Below, piece after piece: positions 25,237-37,790 of a stretch of DNA of 64,000 bases; within the stretch, counting starts at the first letter, position 1; the number at the start of each line of letters is the position of its first letter. A program made the translations under genes and the position numbers. The DNA is from Malacoraja senta (lineage: Eukaryota): the NCBI GenBank assembly GCA_038087875.1, contig CM075988.1, positions 26,538,001 to 26,602,000 of the forward strand. The letters run 5' to 3'. The notes below the pieces were generated by a model. It was given only the letters and a program-made list of their open reading frames with translations. It ran no database searches and was not told the DNA's origin.

Positions 25237-25654
25237 CACCCGTCTGATAAAGAACTGGCCAGGACATTGAATTGGCGGTGATTCGCCTCTTACAGTCTAT
25301 CGTTGTGGCCACAACCAGTGGTAGAAAAAGCAATTAAATTGTTCTAATTAGCATCGTATCAAATAAAGCTTCAGCATCCAGTGGAAACATTGAATAATGC
25401 AGTTCCGTGTTTCTAAGTGGAATGTATCAAAGGGCGCATTTATTCAAAAATGACCACATAGGCCGAGGGCATCATTTGAAAATCCCAGTCCCATTGGCCA
25501 TGTACATCTGTCTTCGGTTAGCTAGCTGGGCCATTCCAATGGGTTGTTAGGAGTTAAGCACTTTCACAGGGGACAGAGGTCATAGGAACTAGACAAGTCT
25601 CCTTCTCTGAAGAACATCAGGTTGAAGCATCACTAGAGTTGCTGGCTTACAGCT

Positions 25655-25882
25655 AGAGGAACGCGGGTTCCATCCCGACTACGGGTACCGTCTGTACCTT
25701 CTCCTTGTGACCTGCGTGGGTTTTCTCTGGGTGCTCTGGTTTCCTCCCACACACCAAAGACTTCATTGGCTTCTGTAAATTGTGAATTGCCCCTAGTGTG
25801 TAGGATAGTGCCAGTGTACGGGGCGATTGCTGGTCAGTGCGGACTGGGAGCGCTGAAGGCCACATATCCACATTGTATCTCT
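25655..25882 (+). mobile_element. V-SINE (diverged)
   Basis: GGGTTCCATCCCGACTACGGG...CTCCCACAC.CCAAAGAC. Other diverged or deleted copies at about 5908-6015, 15452-15760, 18868-19080, 27183-27344 and 56891-57168. Confidence 0.72.
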
Positions 25883-28800
25883 ACTCTGGTTGTCAGCATG
25901 TTAAGAAACCTCTGAGCTCAGAGAGCAATTTAAAATACCAAACTCAGGACTAAGCCTCAGATATCCTTCATGTCTGCGGAGTGAGGTCAACTGTCAAGAT
26001 GCAACAATCATCAGCGTTTTCTCCCTTACAGAGGTGAAGCGATCAAGAACTACGCAGGATGAGGGAAAGGACTGGAAGTCCCCTCAAGTATCTCTCTCTC
26101 TCTCTCTCTCACCACAGAGAGAGGGTTAGAACTCAAAGAGCAGCAGAATTAAGTGATGCTTTATACTGCACTCGCATTGGAGGCAAATCTGGCCAGCATC
26201 CAGCAGCAAGCTGCATGGGTTTGACTAACTAAATACAACAATGTGGAGATTAAACAAGAGGCAGGTTACTGCAACAGGACAATAAAGATACATATTACAT
26301 CAGTTAAATTATTTACAAAAAGCCGTTGAAGTTGGCTTGGAACCCACAAAGCAGGTTGTCACGGTTAGAACAAGGGAGAAGGGGGAAAAGGAAGAACTAA
26401 AGTCCTAAAACCAAATGATAACGTGGTGAATATCCAGCATGTTGGTGAGGAGAAACATAGCTCACGACTCAGGTCAAAGATCCTTCCTCGGTGTAAGGAC
26501 CTGCCCTGGTCTGACAATATTCACTCAGTAGACAGACACAAAAAGCTGGAGTAACTCAGCCGGCCGGCAGGCAGCATCTCTGGAGAAAAGGAATGGGTGA
26601 CGTTTCAGGTCGTGACCCTTCTTCAGACATTAACTCGGGTTGTCTTCCCACAGATGCTGCCTGACCTGCTGGATATTTACAGCACAAATTCCAGCATCTG
26701 GAAAGTTTCATTAACAACCAGCAACTTTCATGTAACAGGGCCGAGACAAGCAGTTTCTTTCTGTTATAAATCTGCTGACTCCGAAGGTTTTTGAACAGAT
26801 AATCAGAGGCTTTTAAAGAGCATTTGGAGATGACATGGTCCATTGTGGCTCTGCAGCTTTCATAGACCTATTCTCTTTGGCTATGCACTCTTTCCAAACA
26901 GGATCAAAAATAACTTCTATTTATACATTTCACCAATTCCCCATTTAAATTCCTGACAGTATGGAAATTGGCCCTTCAGCCCACCTAGTCCCTGCTAATT
27001 GCTGCCTGACCTGCTGAGTTATTCCAGCATTTTGTGTCTATCTTCGGTGTAAACCAGCATCTGTAGTTCCTCCCTACACAACATGTTGAAGGTGTGACAA
27101 TCCTGCCCGTGACTTCAACTGCAAATGAAAATTAAAAGAAGAAAACTACAGTGGGACTAGGGTAAACCCCTCCTAGATCATGGGCGGCAAGGTGGAGCAG
27201 TTACTGCCCCACAGCACCAGACACCCGGGTTCGATCCTGACTACGGGAGACATGCAGGTTTGTAGTTTAACCTATGGGTGATCGATGGTCAGCATGGACC
27301 CGGTGGGCCGAATGGTCTGTTTCCACCTTGCATCTCTAAACTAAGCATCCATCCTGTGAACTTTGTAAGGTTAATTCCCCCGTTCTGAAGTGATGCTGGA
27401 ACTGTTATTGAATTCATTAAACTCATCCATCGAGCGCTGCCCAACTTCTATAAACATACCGGGGCCCAGCCAACAACTCAACGAGCAAAAAAGAATTATG
27501 TACTTAATTCTAAAAAAAATAAAAATAAAATGCTGATGCTCGCAACCTACAGTGCTGCCAACACAGCATCCACTCAGCCTCCAATAACATACACTGTGCC
27601 CAGAGACCAGAATACCAAATCACCCCATTGTTGCACTGAGACCTCCAGGCAACCTCCAGCCACCCTCACTGCTCACCACAGCCACATCAGAACAGAATCT
27701 CACGGGCTCAGGGGTGGAGGGGGAGATTGGCCGTTCAGGCAATGTCACAATGCAGAAGGGCCATGGAGTTTATTACTCGGTTCCCCTCTCTTCGCTCCCC
27801 CCCCCCCCACCCCCACCTAGTCGAGCGGTGGAGCTGATTCAGGGAAAGGTTTGGTACAACGTGTTCCCAGCGCAGCTGTCACCAGTGCCATGCAATGCTG
27901 GCGGAACATTCAGATCTACTGCTGGCCCATGACATCATTCCAGGGACATGGCTGAATCCCGGCCAACTCCAGCATTCCTCCTCCTCCCCCCCCACTCCCT
28001 GAACACTCTCTCCCTCTCTTGTTTAAAACAATAACAAAGTAGAGAGCCTGTGTTTACAATATTTATGAAGGGCAAGTTTAAGGAAAGAATGTAGTGGATT
28101 ACAAGCTTGCAACCATTTTAACTCTTGGGAGAGAAAGGGACTTGTTTACTTTCACCCACACATTCACGGCAACTTGTGTCAGGCTTTGGAGGGGGGGGGC
28201 TTGATACGGACTGGCTCCCATCCCACTCTGCCCCATTCTGGGGAAAGGAAGAAGAGAAAATGTGTAGTGGGGCAGTTGTTGGTCGGTGCACAGCAAGATC
28301 CCAATAACAATCACAACATTTGTTCTTTGGCAAAGTCGGTCAGGGGTTATGGGGAGAAGGCTGGAGGTAGATCAGGCATGACTGAATAGCAGAGTAGTCC
28401 TGATGGGCTGAATGGCCTAATTCTCCCAAAACGTTTATCGCTGCATGCCAGAGATAATGCTCCTGTTCTTTAGAAGCTGTTGAGGATCCAACTGAGAGGA
28501 AAGTCTCAATTTTAACTGCCGTGCCAAAGATGGTATCTCATACAGGGCTTCAGTGCCACACTAGTGCCATTAAATTCCACTTGCTGAACTAACCTCTATC
28601 GTTGAACGTGAGCCTGGTTCAATGAGGTGAATGCCACCAAGAGAAATAGAAGGGGAATCCAAAATATATAGCCTACTTGCACCAAACGTGAGCAGTGGCT
28701 CAGTAAACAGCAGTGGCAAGGTGATATAGAGAAGATATGTAGGACCAGGATCACATCTTTAAGTTGCCTATGACGTGCTTGGTGACCTAGGGCCATACCT

Positions 28801-31800
28801 TGGAGGGGAAACTGACAGTGAATAAGAGAAAGAGAATATTTTCATAGAATAGAGAAATGGCTCAAGGGAGTTGCAAATCAAATGGAACACATTTCATTAG
28901 GTTTGAGGTTGACTTGGTGAGGATTGCGTAGTCCCACTGCAGGTCTTGTCCATGGATGAACAAGTTGGAGTAAGCCAGCTGTGGGATGTCCCAACACACA
29001 ACAAATGAGACACATGAAAGCATCCGTCAAAATCCACAGGATCTCACCAATGTCCTTTCAATGCCAAGGTGTCAAAAGGTGATCATCTTCAATGTCTTGG
29101 AAATGCAAGTAGGCTTATACCCGTAAAGTATTTGTTAAGGAGCTTAAACTATAAAATTCCCAGAAGTTTGAACAGAGCAGATTCCAAGAAATTGTTCTCA
29201 CAGGCTGGAAGTGTACAGAACAACGAGGACAGTAATATGGGAAAGGAATTAGCCAGAGGACTTTGAAACACACGTTCATTCCTTCAATATATCCATAACG
29301 GGATACAGAGACTTGCAAATTTGAAAAGCATCAGGAGATGTGGGAATAGGGTGGGAACATTGATATGGTAGAAATTCAACTAAGTGTTGAAACAGGCTTA
29401 ATAGAATCTTGATGCACCAGTTAAATAAAAGAAATGCTCTCAGGTAACATATAATTCCAGAAGTGAGGGCAATGGGAGTTGTTCAACTAAGAACGCATCA
29501 GGCAAGATATTTTCCAAGGACGAACCAAGTATAAGGACATCTGCGATTTCTGTTCTATGATTCAGCAATGTGCTAACTATGCCGGTGACAATCCAACATA
29601 CTACGTCAAGCGTTAGGTCATCTAGTTCCACTGTGGGCTTGCAGACAGCACAAGCAGCTAGTACATTTTGTACTTTTTGAAAAGGATGACAATTATAGAT
29701 AGATCCTTCAGGGAAATAAACCGCACACAAACAAAATAAAAATATCCACTGCTGGATTCATTTAATACACAACACTCCAAAAGGCAACAGCGGTGGAAAT
29801 GGAATTAGTCGCAAGGATGTGCTGGCAAAAGGCGGCATGCTTTATCTACAGATGTTAAGCTCAGTGATGTGTTAGCCATTTGGGGGAGGAATCGCATGAG
29901 CTCTTTACAGAGTCTGCAAGATCGGTAAACAACAAAGTGAGTTATTGTTCTCCTCCTGTGGATCCAAGTCTTTTATCCAATGGCAGACACAATATGGTTC
30001 AGTCAGTAACCACACCTGCAAGTTCACACGACACCACCACAGTTATAATCCTAGTGCACATAAACCACTGGATGATTGACTCAGTAAATGCTCTTAGAGG
30101 TTCCAATAACATAAAGATGTGGGTAATCTCCCCACAGGAGCAGAGGCAAGTAGAATTGATGATCTAAGAAGATATCATGCAAGATGTTTATTAGGGTAAC
30201 AGAGTTTCTTGTGATGCATGTGCCAAGTAAGCCAGTGACAACCTGGTATCATTTACGTGGACTCCCATGGACACCGATTGACATGAGGATTTGAACACCT
30301 GCCGACTATCACGTGAACAACTCTTCAATAGCCTCCAATCCGATCCATTAGAGATGAATCTGGGCCTCATGATCAGTGATGTTTGGAGCCAGGCAGTGAC
30401 CAAGCAATGCTGCCACGACTCGGGAAACTTCTCCTTCCTTTCTCGATCAGCAGAGGCCAACGTGTCAAAGCTCGGTCATTGGGGCAAAACCAACAATGGC
30501 AACTACGTCCTACAAAGCTTGCACGTCACGGTGCACAGCCCTGGTCTTCATCCTCCCACCGCAACTCACTACAGGCAGACAAACCTGCTCCCCCAACGCC
30601 TCTGCTCTTTGCCAGCTTTGTAGGACGTACATCACCAATCAACTCCACTATGGCTCGTCATCCACCCAAACATTCCCTAAACCTCACCACCTCTCTGCCT
30701 TCCCAATGCTCCATACAACTAAAGTGTCATCTGTCCAAACATCTCCTTGTACGGCTCAGGGGTAAATGTCTATTGAAACACTTATCAGATGCTTTGGAAT
30801 GTTGCAAAGTAGTGCAAGCGAGTTGGAACTTAAAAATAGAGATTTGCTACAATGGGACCGGATGTTATTGTGGTCACACTTGGCATAACTTCACAGAATT
30901 GATTCCCTTGTTTAAAACAGGACGGCAGCAATGGAGCCGGACATACAAGGATTCTTACTGGGATGAGAGGGTCGTACTATCACGAGTGGCTACTTAGAAC
31001 TGGATTCATCGGTGTAGAAGAATGAGCAGTGACTTTACCCAAACATGGATCCTAAACGGGCGATGTTTAGATGTTTGCGATCCTCACTCAAAGAGTCTCC
31101 AATTGCGAGCATAGCTATAGAGATGAGGTCATATCAAACCAAGCTGTGTCGGAAAGAACTGCAGGTCCTAGTTTAAATCAAAGATAGACACAAAATGCTG
31201 GAGTAACTCAGCGGGACAGACAGCATCTCTGGAGAGAAGGAATGGGTGACGTTTCGGGTCGAGACCTTTCTTCAAACTTCATGCCAATGATGACATTCTG
31301 GCTTTGAATTTTGTAATTGAGGCCCTACAGTAAGTAGTTGCAACATGTTTATTTCACGAGGAATATTTCAGGTGGAAGCAACTCATCTGAGGTCTACAGA
31401 GAGGGGAATAGCAGCGGTCGATAAGGCGGCTAGGGTGCACAGAAGCTTTGCTACGGCTACAAAAACCATGATAACTTGCAAGCAAGATCCACCATCACAA
31501 CTCCAAATACTCAGGATGAAAAACTACTTCATTTAAAACAATGACGTCACTGGCTATAATTAAATTACAGAGGGAGGGGGGGGGGGGGGCAGAGGGAGGG
31601 GGGAGGAAAGGAAGGGGGGAGGAAAGGGAGGGGGAGGGCAGAGGGACGGGGTACTGTCTCAGTACTATGATTCCTAAACACTTGTACACAAGTATGTTTA
31701 TGCTATGTAGAGCAAGAATTTTACTGAACTGTATGTACAAAAACAGGAATTCCACTGTACTTCAGGTGCACGTGACAATAAACTACCGTTGACTCATTGA

Positions 31801-32087
31801 AAACTCATTAAAATTGAATGTTTAAACAGTTAATGTTGCAACAAGATAAGAGAATATCAGGCAGGCTAATTTAACAGCACCCAACTTCTTCCATCAAGGA
31901 GGCCATGAGAGATTATATCCTTATATATAATGGTTATTTGCTAGAAACCTAACTGTGTGCATATTTCCTGTCATATTTATTACACAGGCATGTGTATGTT
32001 AATGGAAGCTGCCTGTGTCAAGGTGCAGCATTAGTATTACACGTCCACACCACTCGAGACAGCACTGGTAGGGATGTATAATCAGTA

Positions 32088-32250
32088 GGTAGACACAAAA
32101 AGCTGGAGTAACTCAGCGGGACAGGCAGCATCTGCAGAGAACGTTTCGAGTCGAGACCCTTCTTCAGACTGGTACCAGAGATGCCGCCTGTCCTGCTGAG
32201 TTACTCCAGCATTTTGTGTTTAAACCAGCATCTGCAGTTCCTTCTTACAC
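32088..32250. repeat. Penelope-derived fold-back insertion with 14-bp TSD
   Basis: TSD ATGTATAATCAGTA at 32074-32087 and 32251-32264. Inverted GCTGGAGTAACTCAGC arms. Confidence 0.85.
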
Positions 32251-32962
32251 ATGTATAATCAGTACACAGTTCACCGAAAAATTATGATGGCCACAGTATT
32301 ACACAAGACCAGAACGTGCAAACCATCCCTTTATCCTTCATTCTCCACCCCTTAAGGCCTCCAGGACAATCGGCCCATCAGGCTGGTTCTGTCCCCAAGT
32401 CCCCTCCCACTTTGTTTTATTTCAAACCATTAACTCGCTCATTTCATTCCTTCCTCAGTCAACACAGGGAGAAAAATATGGTCTGTCGGCATCACAGTAT
32501 CTAGACCTGGTATCAAGCTCCACGAGATCTCAACCAGTATTACTGTTTAAAAGGCTTTCATTAACTGGAAATTGCTTTTCAGTGTCAGAAATAAAAAAAG
32601 TTTTTTAACTGAAATATAATTGAGCAAAATATATATTTAAAAATCAGAACTCCTTTGTTTACAGAACAGGAAACGCACTCCCTCCTTGCCCTGGTCTCTG
32701 ACATAAGCTTGGCTGTGGGCTCACTGTACACACTGTACCCACAGGACTGGCGCTGAGCCCAGGCTGGCACTTGGCCAGCTCCACAACAACATACATTAGC
32801 AGCCAGCACAAGCCACAGGCAAGGGAGCGGGGCGGCGGGGGGGGGGGGCGGGGGGGTAAGAGAAGGCAGACACCACAACACACAGCATACCGCAGCCTGC
32901 CTTTCATATCCGAACCCCCTTAGTACACGCATGGCTGAGTGATGTGGGAAAGGGCTTGTTAC

Positions 32963-33060
32963 CTGAGTGAGACAGCAGATGCATCCGCAGCCGTAAGCTG
33001 TCCAGGAATCGTTTCCCACACAGGTCACACCCGTACGTCTTCATTCCACTGTGCATCTTC
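32963..33060 (-). CDS. ZBTB16: Internal coding exon (98 bp) of ZBTB16/PLZF encoding the end of C2H2 finger 1, the linker and C2H2 finger 2 (equivalent to human exon 3)
   Basis: Minus strand reads ctctctccttgttgtattgcag|GAAGATGCAC...TCTCACTCAG|gtaac, with a polypyrimidine tract, AG acceptor and GT donor. Translation (R)KMHSGMKTYGCDLCGKRFLDSLRLRMHLLSHS(A) matches my recollection of human PLZF RKLHSGMKTYGCELCGKRFLDSLRLRMHLLAHSA. Confidence 0.95.
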
Positions 33061-33668
33061 CTGCAATACAACAAGGAGAGAGCATGTCAATGTTACAGCC
33101 ACACACACTGCCCTGCACCTCATTCATCTCTTCATGCACCTGCACTGCTCTTCACCAGAGTGTCTTACAGCACACAGCATTCTTGCTCGGCACCTTAAAT
33201 ACACTAGATCAGACATCAACCAAAGTGCTTCAACATTGGCCCTTTCTCAAGATTCATCAAAAGACAGGGCTGGAGTCAGACAGCATCTCTGGAGGACACA
33301 GATATCTGATGTTCCAGGTCAGGACCCTTCATCAGATTGATCAGGAAGAAGAAGAGTCCCAATCTGAAACATCGCCCATCCATGTCCTCCAGAGATGCTG
33401 TCTGACTCCGGGTTACTCCAGCACTCTTGCACTCTCTCTCTCCACAGATGCTGCCCGGCCCACTGAGTTTTTCTAGCACATTGTGATTTGTGTTTTAAGT
33501 TTCTGATTCCAGCTGCTGCTCTTTATAAACCTGTGTCCGGGCATCTTTCTGCCATCCACATCGTTAATCTCCCTGGCACAGAGATTGCACTTCCCTCCGC
33601 TCACCAATCATAGGGCTAATACAGAAAAATAACATGGGCAGGAAGATGCCCAGATTAGCCAGAGGCCA

Positions 33669-33876
33669 GAGGAGTGGCCGACACTGGAGACTGACCAGTG
33701 AGGAGTGGCCGACACTGGAGACTGACCAGTGAGGAGTGGCCTACACTGGAGACTGACCAGTGAGGAGTGCCCTACACTGGAGACTGACCAGTGAGTGGCC
33801 TACACTGGAGACTGACCAGTGAGTGACCAACACTGGAGACTGACCAGTGAGTGACCAACACTGGAGACTGAGTGAG
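33669..33876. repeat. Minisatellite, 7 copies of a 28-31 bp unit with an internal hairpin
   Basis: GAGGAGTGGCCGACACTGGAGACTGACCAGT repeated; CACTGG/CCAGTG inverted around AGACTGA. Confidence 0.93.
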
Positions 33877-35566
33877 GAAGCAGTGAGGCTAAACTGTACC
33901 AGCACAAGGTTCATGCTTCATGCCAGCACGGTTCAGGTTTATAACAGCCATGTGTACTGGGCTACAGTGGAAAGTTTTGTTTTTTAAATACAATCAGGTC
34001 AAACTCGTACGATAGGGTAAGGAGAAGGATACAGAGTGCAGAACATACTTCTCATCACTGTAGCGGTCAGTTCCGTAGACCAAGTCCAATATCCACAGTG
34101 GGGTGAATGTGAATCTGGCCACACACCAGGGTATGCAGGAGTGTTCAGAAGGCAGATAGCAGAGGGGTAGAAGGCATGGGAATGTGGAGAGTGTACGTGT
34201 ACAATCACCCTCCTCTGCTCTCCATATAAATCCCAGCACACGGTAGCATTTCCTACACACTAACTCATACTGGAGTTTGGCTTCACTGTACTTACGTATA
34301 GTATTATCAGATTGGATTGGATAGTGTGTAAAACAAATGTTATTGCAGTACCACGGTACAAGTGAAAAAATAAACCTAAACGGTGACCTTCTGTGCGTTT
34401 AACGGAGCAGAGGTCAGCAAGAATACGATTGTGTCCAATCACAAAGTTGTGCAGGAACTCAGTGGATCGGGCAGAACCTGTGGAGGGAATGGACTGTTGA
34501 CCCATCTTCAGGCTGGTCAACGTGAGGCCTCTGCATTGGTCGCTGCTTCACCTGTTCAGGGAGCAATGCAGAGCTGCGGAAACCTTACAGAAGACAAAAA
34601 CAGAAGGATAAAGAGGGAAGGAGGTTGGACTTTATTGCACAGTGGGGAATGTGGGGAATCCGCTGTGGATGATGTTGAAGTTAACCTCTATGTAGTTGTG
34701 CGTCTTGTTGCTTTTTTGTTTAGTATGGCTGTATGGTAACTCGAGTTTCACTGTACCTTAATTAGTACATGTGACAATAAACTGACCTTGAAACCTTGAA
34801 GATAGACACAAAACGCTGGAAAAACTCAGGCAGCATCTCAGGAGAAAAGGAAAAGGAATAGGTGACATTTCGGGTCGAGACCCTTTTTCAGACCCTTGCA
34901 TCTGTTATTACTACCGAGCTTCACGGACACGTCCCAACTCACTACTGGGCATTTACTCTATGGGCATTGGATTAGAACTCTTTATTTGGAAACATAAAAA
35001 AAATAAAGTGCAGGGTCAGATGGTTTAGAACCAATCTTGGGTACGTTGCAGAACCATGAGGGGCTTTCCCCTCTCTCTCCGTGCACTTATCAAATGGTAA
35101 AAACCGAACCGCACCAACTGCCTCTTGAGAAAGACATTGCAACACGTGCCAGCATTCAAAGATTGCAGCAACGACCACAAGAGCAACTCGGCCACAGAAA
35201 ACAAACCACATCGCACGCAGCCGCCCCACTGCAGAGCAGATGATGTAGACCGCTCCCACGCAGCAAAGATAAACAGTCATCTGTCCTCCCCACCTCTTCC
35301 CCCTTTCAGCTTTCCAGTTTCATCACGAGAGCCCTTATTTCCAAACCACGTTCGCTACCGAGCCCTTTCAAAATGCCTCACAAGTGTAGCCTTCTTGTTG
35401 CACAGTTGTAAATCACAAACAGCATCTATTTTACAACCAAAGACTGCAGTCTCCCCATGTTCAAAACATGGATGTATAAACCTGTACACGGCAGTATTAT
35501 TTAGTCTTTTCCATCATTGGTTAATGCTGCTGCTCCAAATGTAGAATCAAGTTCATTCCACTCTGT

Positions 35567-35903
35567 AGGTAGACAAAAATGCTGGAGAAACTCAGCGGGT
35601 GCAGCAGCATCTATGGAGCGAAGGAAATAGGCAACGTTTCGGGCCAAAACCCTTCTTCAGATCAGATCGAGTCTGAAGAAGGGTTTTGGCCCGAAACCGT
35701 GACTATTTCCTTCGCTCCATAGATGCTGCTGCACCCGCTGAGTTTCTCCAGCACTTTTGTCTACCTTCAATTTTCCAGCATCTGCAGTTCCTTCTTAAAT
35801 TCATTCCAGTCTGAAGAAGGGTCTCGACCCTAAACGTCACCCATTCCATCTCTCCACAGATGCTGCCTGTCCCACTGAGTTACTCCAGCTTTTTGTGTCT
35901 ATC
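35567..35903. repeat. Penelope-derived fold-back element plus an adjacent second insertion
   Basis: Inverted arms of about 95 bp (35567-35661 and 35672-35766). TTCATTCCA recurs at 35552, 35800 and 35904. Confidence 0.85.
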
Positions 35904-36974
35904 TTCATTCCACTCCAGCACATTGCATCTATAACATGAGAGAGGGATTGGGGAAGGTGGTGTGTGATCACTCCCAATCCTCAGGGATTCTCAGCCATTC
36001 GGCCCATCAAATCTACTCCACCATTCAATCATGGCTGATCTATCTCTCCCTCCTAACCCCATTTTCCTGCCTTCTCCCCATAACCTCTGACACCTGTACT
36101 AATCAAGAATCTGTCTATCTCTGCCTTAAAAATATCGACTGACTTGGCCTCCACCACCACGTGTGGCAAAGAATTCCACAGTTCCACCACCCTTTATCTG
36201 ATGTGCACTCTACTCCCATTGGGAGGGTTTGTTGAAGCAGGAATCCACTGGTGAAGGAGAAACATCAAGATCAACTATTTCACCTTCTAGTGAAGCCTGA
36301 GTTGACTCAACAAAGTACTTTGTTACCAAACCCCACAATGCCAGTACATAATGCAGAGTAGTAGCTGCAGAGATGTTCAACATCTCCCAGTATGAGTAGC
36401 ATTGTAAAGCATTTGGTCTGCACCTACACCACAGCATTTCACAGGAACACAGAGAAATAGAATCATTCAGCACAGGAGCAGGCTCTTCACCCACCACATT
36501 CAGACCAACAAGTGACATCTCTACTAATCTCATTCACCAGTATTTAGTCAGCAGCCTTCGCAAGAATAAACATCAAACCAAGTTTGATATAAAGCTGCAA
36601 AACGCAATATTAAGCCCAGGTATGCAGACTCATTTTACAGAGGAAGACTTTATAAATAGCATCTGGAAAGGAGAACTAATGGTACAAGAGCTTCGCCACA
36701 TTTCAAGCAAGTGCACCAATGGCAGGGAAATTAAAAACCAAGAATGCTCAAGGGGCTGGAATGAGAGGAGTTCCAGAGGGTCAGAGGGCAGATAGAGTTC
36801 TATGGAGATCTATAGAGCAAGAGACTTGCTTAGTTTTTCCAGTTAACATAAAATCCAACACTCTGCTGCAAAGGCCCTTACAATATCATAGCAATCAGAT
36901 AGTTCAAGCGTCTAAAACTCAACCATTGGAGCCTGTGTGGACAGCAGAGTTCTGATCAAATTCCCAATGGTCAT

Positions 36975-37148
36975 AGGTAGACAAAATGCTGGAGTAACTC
37001 AGCGGGACAGGCAGCATCTCTGGAGAGAAGGAATGGGTGACGTTTCTTCAGTCTGAAGAAGGGTCTCGAGCCGAAACGTCACCCATTCCTTCTCTCCAGA
37101 GGTACTGCCTGTCCCACTGAGTTACTCCAGCATTTTGTGTCTATCTTC
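36975..37148. repeat. Penelope-derived fold-back element
   Basis: Inverted arms ACAAAATGCTGGAGTAACTCAG...GGGTGACGTTTC and GAAACGTCACCC...CAGCATTTTGT. Confidence 0.85.
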
Positions 37149-37252
37149 TGTTATTCTAACAATTGCCATCCATGGCTGTGATATCATGGAGTAATTGCCA
37201 GAAACACCAATGTCCAAACCTGCCAGTCACAGTTGCTAATCCATTAACATCT

Positions 37253-37790
37253 GAAACATAGAAACATAGAAAATAGGTGCAGGTGTAGGCCATTCGGCCC
37301 TTCGAGCCTGCACCGCCATTTGATATGATCATGGCTGATCATCCAACTCAGTATCCCATCCCTGCCTTCTCTCCATACCCCCTGATCCCTTTAGCCACAA
37401 GGGCCACATCTAACTCCCTCTTAAATATAGCCAATGAACTGGCCTCAACTACCTTCTGTGGCAGAGAATTCCACAGATTCACCACTCTCTGTGTAAAAAA
37501 TGATTTCCTCATCTCGGTCCTAAAAGTCTTCCCTCTTATCCTTAAACTGTGACCCCTAGTTCTGGACTTCCCCAACATCGGGAAAAATCTTCCTGCATCT
37601 AGCCTGTCCAACCCCTTAAGAATTTTGTAAGTTTCTATAAGATTCCCCTCTCAGTCTTCTGAATTCCAACGTGTACAAGCCGAGTCTATCCAGTCTTTCC
37701 TCATATGAAAGTCCTGCCATCCCAGTAATCAGTCTGGTGAACCTTCTCTGTACTCCCTCTATGGCAAGAATGTCTTTCCTCAGATAAGGA
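37253..37790 (-). mobile_element. CR1/HER1-type LINE 3' fragment
   Basis: DRLDAGRFFPMLGKSRTRGHSLRIRG...FFTQRVVNLWNSLP; (CATAGAAA)n tail. Confidence 0.88.

Noticed and set aside
23873..25333. Long ORFs of 266-477 aa (PVYTP, CTHP and RVHT repeats)
   Set aside because: Artefacts of a stop-free minisatellite and an N gap; open in all six frames.
33669..33876. CRISPR-like array of palindromic repeats
   Set aside because: The 'spacers' are only about 9-12 bp and near-identical, there are no cas genes, and the context is a vertebrate intron; it is a minisatellite.
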